DNA of 40,189 bases from contig MFPR01000038.1 in assembly GCA_001784175.1 (NCBI GenBank), positions 1 through 40,189 of the forward strand, in the 5' to 3' direction. A program made the translations under genes and the position numbers. A model generated the notes under the pieces. It was not told where the DNA came from. It worked only from the letters and a program-made list of their open reading frames with translations, and ran no database searches. Below are positions 33,301 to 40,189 of this stretch, one piece after another (position 1 is the stretch's first letter; each line of letters begins with the position of its first letter). The DNA is from Candidatus Lindowbacteria bacterium RIFCSPLOWO2_12_FULL_62_27 (GTDB lineage: Bacteria > Lindowbacteria > 2-12-FULL-62-27).

Positions 33301-34055
33301 CCGGCGTCGATGGTCCGGTCGCGCAGCTTGCGGGCTTCCTTGTAGTCGCGATCCAGCTCGAGCGCCTTCTCGAGCATCGCGAAGGCCCTCGGCAAATCGC
33401 CGTTCTGGAAGGCCTGCGCGCCCTGGTCGTAGAAGCCCTCGGCCTGGCTGCGAATCTGCGCCTTCGCCAGCGTCAGGTACGCGCGGCTGAACTCGACGTA
33501 GGCGTGGGTGAACCGGTAGAGCGCGCCGACGTCGAGGCCGAATCCGGTGCCGGAGAATTCCGCGATCTGCTCGCGGAGCACGTGCAGGGTGCTGCCGACG
33601 TACAGCGAGTTGGTGATCTGCTTGCCGTAGCCGAGCATGAAATTCATCTTGCTGATGTCGAAGGTCCCGATGTTCCCGCCCGCCGTGTTGCGGCGCGTCA
33701 GGTCGCCCCAGCCCTCCAGCACCATGCCGCCGCCGATCGTGCCGAACCGGCCGACCGGATGCTTGTAGGCGAACATGTTGTACCAGGTCTTGTCGAAGTA
33801 CGTCTTCGAGTACTGCCCGAAGAGTTCGTACCGGCGGTCGAGGTCGAGCGCGGCCGGATTCCAGAAGACGGCGGTCGCGTCGTCCGCCATCGCCATGTAG
33901 GCGTTGCCCATGCCGGCCGGCCGAGCGCCGAATCCGAGTTTCTTGCTCGGCTCCACCACGCCGCCCTTCTGGGCTTCGGCGAACGTCGCGGCCGTCCAGA
34001 CCAGGAGGAACGCCGCGGTGATCAGCACCCGGAACATGCGGTTAACGGTGGTCAT
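30342..34055 (-). CDS. PorV/PorQ (UPF0164, FadL-like) outer-membrane barrel with an internal TPR insertion and ~800 aa of C-terminal TPRs
   Basis: Signal peptide; GFGARPAGMGNAYMAMADDATAVFWNPAAL signature; amphipathic strands ending QRLSLSYEFG; many TPR-like helices. ATG 34055 overlaps the upstream TGA; GTG 34058 is an alternative. Confidence 0.88.
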   Translation of the reverse strand: MTTVNRMFRVLITAAFLLVWTAATFAEAQKGGVVEPSKKLGFGARPAGMGNAYMAMADDATAVFWNPAALDLDRRYELFGQYSKTYFDKTWYNMFAYKHPVGRFGTIGGGMVLEGWGDLTRRNTAGGNIGTFDISKMNFMLGYGKQITNSLYVGSTLHVLREQIAEFSGTGFGLDVGALYRFTHAYVEFSRAYLTLAKAQIRSQAEGFYDQGAQAFQNGDLPRAFAMLEKALELDRDYKEARKLRDRTIDAGRRKGYQFQARAITNGHRAMVEFLRANPPMSLREATLSAWFNRGVELYDAGKLREAIPFFEGVIRHAQSDGITDKLSLGLNVQNFIEPQIKLKTVAEKLPMAAKLGASYRMFDWLQFALDLDLTTVDVHRIHFGLEWLPKSWLAVRTGLDNGDPTFGFGFRFSDLKFDYAILPSSLFDNFQRLSLSYEFGKSQGTVASERLQRGLTHRAKKEYPKAMQEWEEAQKLQPSNPMPRRYMAETRKDYDQNVLAPWSEAERRLAAGDLVEADRIVRSILEHDPAFDKALTAKAHIESTRDTFVEQHFVRGLTEYLIGNLSDAAREMERVLYFQPAHSAARRYLEAAKTRLIEREQFRDRYELYRKGLEEYRRGRWDEAESRLQLLVRRADGHPKAAAVLEQLAQFRQAQLEPDERKQEAARFELLAQAEFLKGQIDAAELLASHSLALDPDYAPARAILQEVQIRRAEEISEKLKLGDAAMNQGNVDVALKAWQEILAREIDHPEVRKRIEAHAGRFLSFVRSMVSESSRLQAGGDPEQALKFYNRALAVDPYNEAAAKGRGEIRSLLLPRIEREYADALGRFSKEEYEPAIATLDWIISVDPDDVRARQLRADAERRNKEKTDLARAQQLFNAGLTHYRNLHFEQAIAVWEMALSEYSSLAGARSLIEEARGRIDQAVREKDLEEKFVTGVNLYEQGNFMKAIEVWEEVRKADPQRKLVNNYLASARQSLDDQIAWHLREGDRLREQGNLLKAVESYQAAEKLHADHPEVRTRLADARSGLATQLAQWMDQGRAAVDAGQYESARAAFRAVLRVDPENAGARTGLNEIDRLSMARAEAERAIAIEGAPVVDRSAEHIAGWLQEADRYRQKVQLAVDQNRTDLAMQRARHVLSLYRQILTLDARHAAARSGETEWARRLEELQQRWKTEKSGAISQYIFSGLGHYQEGRLNEAVADWNRVLAIDSDNVKARDYIERARKKIEKLKRNETE

Positions 34056-37000
34056 CACTTGGCCACCGCGATTCTGTCCGTGGCGACTTCGGACGAGCCG
34101 TCGGTGTACTCGACGGTCAGACGGACGAAATACCCGCCATTCAGGACGACGCGGCCCTGGCCGTTGCGTCCATCCCAGGTCGGCGCCTGGACGAGCGTGT
34201 TGAAGAGGTTCACACCGGCGCCGTAGGTGACCGGGCCGATCACCCGCACCAGTTCCCCGGTGAAGTCATAAATCCGGATCGTCGCGGAACCCGCCTTGGT
34301 CATGTTCCACGCGAACTTGAATCCGCTCCAGGTCGTTCCCTGCTCCGTGTAGCTCTCAAACGGGCTGGCCGGGTTCGGGAATCCCCGGAAGGTCTCCTGG
34401 GCGGACTGGCCGGCGGCGAATTCGAAGACGACGGCGTACATCGAGAAGTTCTTGGACGAGCCTTTGATGGTGGCCGTCTCCCCGTATAGATTCAGCGACG
34501 CGTCGGACACCGACTCCCACAGGCGCGTGGTTTCGTTGTAATGCGAGAGCGTCAGCATGTGGGCCGTCAGCGGCGTGCCGTCGGCCTCGTAGAAGGCCGT
34601 GGGTTGCGTCACGTCGAGTTCGATGCCGAGCGGCTCGGCGAAATCGTCCGGCACGAGCGGGGTCAGGACCGTCGGATTGGCGAGGTTGATCTTCGCGATC
34701 GTGAAGTCGTAGATGGACTGGCCAAGCTCGGCCGGCAGAAGCTCCATGAACGGCATGTTCTTCGCGGTCTCTTTCGACTCCTCGAGCACCACCTTGTTGG
34801 TCGAGTCGGGATCGGTCACCGCCATCCAGACGGGCCCGAGACCCGGCTTGAAGAGGCCCGGCTTCAGCTTCAGCCGCGCCTTGCCGTCCGGCGACGCCGC
34901 CGAATCGATCGAGGCGAGCTGCTCGGCCGAGATGAGCGTGTTGAAGACGGTCGTCGTGGTCGCCTGTTTGTAGTCCGCCGGCTCGTCCTGGTCGCGGACG
35001 CTGGTGTCGACGCGCAGGTAGAACCGCCGGAGCGCCGGCCAGGCCGTGTCCGCATAGACCGCCTGGATCTGCACCGTCCGGCTGTCCAAGACCGTCACGG
35101 ACTGGGTGACGCTCACGCCGGCCGCGTCGACCAGCGCGACGGAGGTCTCGGTGACCGTCGACGAGTCGACCGGGATGTTGAAGGTGACGATCAGCGGCAG
35201 GAGCCGGTTGTCGGTGTCAAACGGCGGCGGCAGGAGATACGTGCCGTCCGTCGGATGCGTCGTGTCGACGGCCGGGTATCGCGTGCGGACCGTGTAGGTG
35301 TCGGACCGCACGGGCGCGCCGAGGACGTTCAGATCATCGAGCGAATCGATCCCGCGGACCTTGACGTCCGAGTTCGACGCGATCTCGACGTAGAACATGG
35401 AGTTGATCGTAAGATTCGCGGCCGTGACATACGCGACGAGCACCGGAACCGTTTCGGCGGCCTGAACCGTGAACGGCGTCCCGCTTAGCGTGGCCGAGGA
35501 ACCGGAGAAGGTTCCGGACCAGAGGAACGTGTCGCGCGTGCCGAGGGATCCGATCGTGTCGGCGTCCATGTAGAGCCGGACCTGCGTGACGGCGGACGCC
35601 GGCATCGACCCGGTGTGGGTCACCTTGACCTGCGAGACCGACACCGCCTCCTGGCGGTCGGCGGCGAAGTTGAAGACGGCGACGGCGTTCGTGTCGCTCT
35701 CCTGGACGGTGAACCGCTTGGGCTGCGTGTCGGACCGGGTCAGGAAGAGCCGGCCGGGCCGGGCCTTGAGCGAGATCGACCGGACGGGCGCGCCGGTGAT
35801 GCGGATCGTGTCGCCGGTCACCACGCCGACCGCATAAACGTCCGCGTTCGCGGCCAACACCAGAGCGTAGGTGTCGCCCGCGACAAGGGTCGTGTCCATG
35901 TTCGCAACCACGAGGACCGAGATGCGGCCCAGGGACGGCACGCGGACGGTGTCGCCGATGTTGCTGAAGGTCGCGATCGAGCCGGCCAGCGCGGCGCGCT
36001 GGACGAACGTGTCGGTCGGGGACGCGTCAAGAACTCCGTCGGAATCGCCGTCGAGGTACAGATCGACAAACTCGATCTCGGTGTCCGGACCGAGGGAGCC
36101 TGTGTCATAGCGGAAGACCATGGTGTCGATCCGGACGGGTTCCGGCGCGCCGGCGGCCGTCAGCGCGAGCTGCAGCCATTCGACGTTCGAGGAATCGTCG
36201 TCGACCTCGGTGTCGACGGGAGGATGGGCGCCCTGGCCCAGCGCGAGGCTGGCCTCGAAGAGGACGCGGATCGTGTCCTGGCTGAAGTTCGACAGCCGGT
36301 CGTGTCCGAAGACGCGGAGGACGTAGATGCCGGCGGTGTTGAGGCTGACGTCCACGGCCCAGCGCGAGTCCGCGCTCAGGATCGCGACGCTGTCCACGAT
36401 CACGCCGTTGACTTCGATGCTGACCGAATCCATGCCCACCAGCGTGTCCCGGGCCGTGCCGAAGAACCGGATCGTCGACTCGATCGTGTCGACGCCGTCC
36501 TCCGGCCCGTCGATCGTGAGGATCGGCGGCGCGGTGTCCACTGTGAACTTGCGGGTCACGGTCGTGTCGAAGTTGCCCGCCGTGTCGATCGCCAGGACGC
36601 GCCAGTAGTAGAAGCTGTCGGCGAGGGTCGCCGGAACGAACGTGGTGTCAAGCACGATCGTCGAGGCCTGGAGGACCGACGCGAAGGTCGTGTCGCCCGC
36701 GATCTGGAGGACGAAGGTCTCGCCGCCGTCGTTGCTTGTCCACGTGAACCGCGGCTGACGGTTGATCGTATCGTGGTTGTCCGCCGGCGTGAGGAGCGTC
36801 ACGATGAGGCTCGTGTCGATGACCAGTGCCCTCGAATCGGAGGCGCGGGTCGGCACGCCCGCCGTGTCGACCGCCACCACGCGCCAGCGGTATGTGCCTT
36901 CCGTCAGGAACGGCGTCACATCCCATTCCGTGTCGTACTGGGTGTCGGACCGGATGGGCGCGGTGAAGCTCGTGTCGTCGAGCGCGGCGACCTGGACGAC

Positions 37001-40000
37001 GTAGAAGTTCAGGCCGGTGACGGTGTCGCGCGACGCTTGCCACGCCATGGTTGGCGTCGTGTCGTTCCGCGTGTAGCCCTCGGCCGGAGACGCCAGGGAG
37101 ACCTCGACCGGGGCGCCGGTATCGACGTAGAGCCGCCGGATCACGGACGTGTCGTAATTGACGGCGCGGTCCTCGGCCAGGATTCTCCAGTAATAGACGC
37201 TGTCGGTCAGGCCCGGCGTCCGGTAGGACGGCACGCCGACCACCTGCGTCGTCTCGGCCACGCGCGTGAAGGCCGAGTCGAAGGCGATCAGGATCACGAA
37301 GGTTTCGCCGTCGCTCGACCAGACGAAGGTCGGCCGCGTGTCGGTCGTGAACGTGTCGTCCGCAGGGGCGGTCAGGACGACCCTCACGCCGGTGTCGAGC
37401 CGGAAGTCGAACGAATCCGAGTAGGGGCCGCGGTTGCCCAGATCGTCGATGCCCTGGACGCGCCAGTAATAGGTGTCCTCCACCAGGATCGTCAGCGTGT
37501 CGCTCGTGACGGCGGCGTCGACCGTGTCGGCGTAGGACACGAACGCGAAGGACGGGCTGGGTGTGACTTCCAGCGAGTAGCTGTCGACGCCGACGCTGTC
37601 CGCGGCGATCGCCTGCCACGTGAAGGTCGGCGTCGTGTCCTTCGTCACGAGGCTGTCCACCGGCGAAAGCAGCAGCACCCGGGCGACGTCGGTGTCGAGG
37701 AGGAACCCGCGCGTGTCGGAGTAGGCGCCGATGTTCGCGAGTTCGTCGATCGCGCGGACGCGCCAGAAGTACGTGTCGTTGTACAGGCCGGTGACCGTGT
37801 CGGCCGTCCGGGTCCCGTCGATCGTGTCGACGAAGTCGGCGGCGGCGAACGTCAGGAGTTTCGAGAGTTCGACCACGTACGAATCGATGCCGACGCTGTC
37901 GGCCACCGACTGCCACGTCACCACGGGCATGGCGTTCGTCGTCTCGTGGGCGTCGGCCGGCTGGATCGCGGAGACCTGCGCGACGAACGTGTCGAGGAGA
38001 ATGATGCGGAAAGTCGTCGTGTCGTAATTGCCCGCCGCGTCCTGGCCGATCACGCGCCAGTAGAACGTGTCCTGCTCCGGCAGGCGCCGCAGGGCCTGCA
38101 GCGCGGCGGTGTCGACGACGGAATCGAGGGTCGTCGAGAAGGCCGGGCTCTTGGAGAGCTGCCACGTGAACGTTTCCGCGTCGGTCGTGCTCCAGATGAA
38201 CATGACGTTGACGTTGGTCGTCTCGTGGCCGTCGGCCGGCGCCACCAGCGAGACGGTCAGGCTCGTGTCGATCACGAGCCGGAACGTGTCCGGCGCAAGA
38301 TCGGTGCGGTTGCCGAGATCATCGATCGCGTGCACGCGCCAGTAATAGGTGTCCTCCGTCAGGAACGGGCCGATCGTGTAGCTGGTGACGGCCATGTCGA
38401 CGGTATCGGCGCGGGCGATCACGGCGAAGCTCGCGCCGGCCGAGACCTCGATGGCGTAACTGTCGATGCCGACGCTGTCGGTCGTGATCGCCTGCCACGT
38501 CAGGGTCGGCGTCGTGTCGTTGGTGCGCGTGCCCTGCGAAGGCGACAGGAGGACAACCTTCTCGACGGCCGTGTCGACGATGAAGCCGAACGTATCGGAA
38601 TAGGCGCCGACATGACCCAGATGGTCGATCGCCCGGACGCGCCAGAAGTAGGTGTCGTTGTAGAGGCCGGTGATCGTGTCGGACGCCGACGTGCCGTCTA
38701 CCGTGTCGATGAGGACCGCCGCCGTGAACGCCGCCGACTTCGATACTTCGACGATGTAGGAGTCCACGCCCACGCTGTCGGACAGCGTCTGCCACGAAAC
38801 GACGGGCGTCGCGTTCGTTGTCTCGTGCGCGTTCGCCGGGCTTGCGGCCACGACCGCGTCGATGTCCGTGTCGACCACAAAACCGCGGGTGTCGGAGAAC
38901 ATGCTGATGTTGCCGAGGTCGTCCACCGCGCGCACGCGCCAGTAGTACGTGTCGTTATAGAGTCCCGTGATCGTGTCGCCGGCGGCCACCGCATCCAGGG
39001 TGTCGGCAAAGATCGCGACCGAGAACGACAGGAAGTTGGAGGCTTCGACGACGTAGGAATCGACGCCCACGCTGTCCGACACCGCCTGCCACGTCACGAC
39101 CGGCGTTGCGTTCGTCGTCTCATGCCCGGCGGCAGGCTGAACGAGGGCGACTTTCTCGACCGCCGTGTCGATGATGAATCCGCGCGTGTCGCTAGTCGGG
39201 CCCACGTTGCCCAGATCGTCGATCGCGCGCACGCGCCAGAAGTACGTGTCGTTGTAGAGACCCAGGACCGTGTCGGCCGTGAAGGCGCCGTCGGCGGTGT
39301 CGACGAAGACGGTCGAGGTGAAGGCCAGAGTCTTTGAAACCTCGACCACGTACGAGTCGATGCCGACGCTGTCGGACACCGCCTGCCAGGAGACGATCGG
39401 CGCCGCGGTCGTCGTCTCGTGGCTGTTGGCCGGCGCGGCGAGCGCCACCGGATAGACCGACGTGTCCAGGACAAGGGTCCGGGCGGCGGCGGTATCGAAA
39501 TTGCCGGCGGCGTCGGACCCAATGACCCGCCAGAAGTACGTGTCCTGGTCCGGCAGGTCGCTTCGGACCTGGATGGCGGAGGTGTCAACGGCGGAGTCGA
39601 TGATCGTCGTGAACGCGGCGCTCTTCGAGAGCTGCCAGGTGTACGTTTCGGCGTCGAGCGAGGACCACAGGAACGTCACGCGTGCGTTGGTCGTTTCATG
39701 GCCGGCGGCCGGGCTGACCAGCGACACCGCCATGCTCGTGTCGACGATGAACCGGAACGAATCGGGGGCAACATCCAGGCGGTTGCCCAGCTCGTCGATC
39801 GCCAGGACGCGCCAGTAGTACGTGTCCTCCACCAGGAAGTTCTGGGCGCTGTCGCTGGTCCGGGATACGTCGAGGGTGTCCGCCAGGATCAGGGACGTGA
39901 AGTTGACATTTCTCGAAAGTTCGATGGCGTAACTGTCGATCCCCACGCTGTCCGCCAGTGCCGCCCAAGTAAAGAGCGGCGTCGAGTCGTTGGTCCGGAG

Positions 40001-40189
40001 GCCATGGACGGGCGCGAGAAGCGTGACGTTCCGAACGGATGTGTCAAGGAGGAACCCGCGGGTGTCGGCGTAGGCGCCGATGTTGCCGAGATCGTCGATG
40101 GCCCGCACGCGCCAGTAGTACGTGTCGTTGTACAAACCCGTCACCGTGTCGCTCAGCCGCAGCCCGTCCACCGTGTCCACAAACTGCGG
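34055..40189 (-). CDS. Giant D-T-rich surface protein, 5'-truncated (>=2044 aa): 13 Fn3-like repeats, Ig-like domains, C-terminal FlgD-Ig / T9SS-CTD-like domain
   Basis: Frame is open to the window end. Thirteen WR(V/I) repeats; Big_5-like PAVDTTHP..IVTFNIPVD; C-terminus FPNP...ATIRIYDFTGELVR...WDGRNGQGRVVLNGGYFVRLTV...IAVAK. Confidence 0.93.
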   Translation of the reverse strand, partial: PQFVDTVDGLRLSDTVTGLYNDTYYWRVRAIDDLGNIGAYADTRGFLLDTSVRNVTLLAPVHGLRTNDSTPLFTWAALADSVGIDSYAIELSRNVNFTSLILADTLDVSRTSDSAQNFLVEDTYYWRVLAIDELGNRLDVAPDSFRFIVDTSMAVSLVSPAAGHETTNARVTFLWSSLDAETYTWQLSKSAAFTTIIDSAVDTSAIQVRSDLPDQDTYFWRVIGSDAAGNFDTAAARTLVLDTSVYPVALAAPANSHETTTAAPIVSWQAVSDSVGIDSYVVEVSKTLAFTSTVFVDTADGAFTADTVLGLYNDTYFWRVRAIDDLGNVGPTSDTRGFIIDTAVEKVALVQPAAGHETTNATPVVTWQAVSDSVGVDSYVVEASNFLSFSVAIFADTLDAVAAGDTITGLYNDTYYWRVRAVDDLGNISMFSDTRGFVVDTDIDAVVAASPANAHETTNATPVVSWQTLSDSVGVDSYIVEVSKSAAFTAAVLIDTVDGTSASDTITGLYNDTYFWRVRAIDHLGHVGAYSDTFGFIVDTAVEKVVLLSPSQGTRTNDTTPTLTWQAITTDSVGIDSYAIEVSAGASFAVIARADTVDMAVTSYTIGPFLTEDTYYWRVHAIDDLGNRTDLAPDTFRLVIDTSLTVSLVAPADGHETTNVNVMFIWSTTDAETFTWQLSKSPAFSTTLDSVVDTAALQALRRLPEQDTFYWRVIGQDAAGNYDTTTFRIILLDTFVAQVSAIQPADAHETTNAMPVVTWQSVADSVGIDSYVVELSKLLTFAAADFVDTIDGTRTADTVTGLYNDTYFWRVRAIDELANIGAYSDTRGFLLDTDVARVLLLSPVDSLVTKDTTPTFTWQAIAADSVGVDSYSLEVTPSPSFAFVSYADTVDAAVTSDTLTILVEDTYYWRVQGIDDLGNRGPYSDSFDFRLDTGVRVVLTAPADDTFTTDTRPTFVWSSDGETFVILIAFDSAFTRVAETTQVVGVPSYRTPGLTDSVYYWRILAEDRAVNYDTSVIRRLYVDTGAPVEVSLASPAEGYTRNDTTPTMAWQASRDTVTGLNFYVVQVAALDDTSFTAPIRSDTQYDTEWDVTPFLTEGTYRWRVVAVDTAGVPTRASDSRALVIDTSLIVTLLTPADNHDTINRQPRFTWTSNDGGETFVLQIAGDTTFASVLQASTIVLDTTFVPATLADSFYYWRVLAIDTAGNFDTTVTRKFTVDTAPPILTIDGPEDGVDTIESTIRFFGTARDTLVGMDSVSIEVNGVIVDSVAILSADSRWAVDVSLNTAGIYVLRVFGHDRLSNFSQDTIRVLFEASLALGQGAHPPVDTEVDDDSSNVEWLQLALTAAGAPEPVRIDTMVFRYDTGSLGPDTEIEFVDLYLDGDSDGVLDASPTDTFVQRAALAGSIATFSNIGDTVRVPSLGRISVLVVANMDTTLVAGDTYALVLAANADVYAVGVVTGDTIRITGAPVRSISLKARPGRLFLTRSDTQPKRFTVQESDTNAVAVFNFAADRQEAVSVSQVKVTHTGSMPASAVTQVRLYMDADTIGSLGTRDTFLWSGTFSGSSATLSGTPFTVQAAETVPVLVAYVTAANLTINSMFYVEIASNSDVKVRGIDSLDDLNVLGAPVRSDTYTVRTRYPAVDTTHPTDGTYLLPPPFDTDNRLLPLIVTFNIPVDSSTVTETSVALVDAAGVSVTQSVTVLDSRTVQIQAVYADTAWPALRRFYLRVDTSVRDQDEPADYKQATTTTVFNTLISAEQLASIDSAASPDGKARLKLKPGLFKPGLGPVWMAVTDPDSTNKVVLEESKETAKNMPFMELLPAELGQSIYDFTIAKINLANPTVLTPLVPDDFAEPLGIELDVTQPTAFYEADGTPLTAHMLTLSHYNETTRLWESVSDASLNLYGETATIKGSSKNFSMYAVVFEFAAGQSAQETFRGFPNPASPFESYTEQGTTWSGFKFAWNMTKAGSATIRIYDFTGELVRVIGPVTYGAGVNLFNTLVQAPTWDGRNGQGRVVLNGGYFVRLTVEYTDGSSEVATDRIAVAK

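Noticed and set aside
30285-39337. 1313-aa and 1240-aa plus-strand ORFs
   Set aside because: Antisense shadows of the PorV-TPR gene and the right giant gene.
1-40189. The window as a closed circle making the two giant ORFs one gene (the ends join in frame)
   Set aside because: The junction would read FWLGGVDD|PQFVDTVDG, fusing the middles of two different module types. There is no terminal overlap, an in-frame join has a 1-in-3 chance, and the content is chromosomal housekeeping with no replication gene.

Overview
High-GC bacterial window, lineage not determinable from the sequence alone; both ends break inside giant repetitive genes. Left end: a >=3541-aa, 3'-truncated, minus-strand surface protein that the ORF track misses (lamin-tail, repeated DxDxN...LTE...GIF, Fn3-like and Ig-like modules; strongly D-T/D-S rich). 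It is preceded by a sigma54-type promoter, an IHF consensus site and an adjacent sensor-less enhancer-binding protein. Middle: an exported PLD-family protein, a GYF_2 protein, a DUF2064 glycosyltransferase, a housekeeping run (rsmI, tsaC/LMW-phosphatase fusion, gcvT-H-PA-PB, uvrC) and a PEGA / RsbU / RsbW partner-switching cluster. Right end: a translationally coupled type IX secretion (T9SS)-like unit made of a second giant D-T-rich protein with a FlgD/T9SS-CTD-like C-terminus, a PorV/PorQ-type barrel with TPRs inside and after it, and a beta-propeller/Ig/LysM-like protein. Several small hairpin and short-period repeat families are scattered across the window. One is a 46-nt twin-hairpin element found only inside genes (3 identical copies plus 1 half copy), in frame and read in three different frames.
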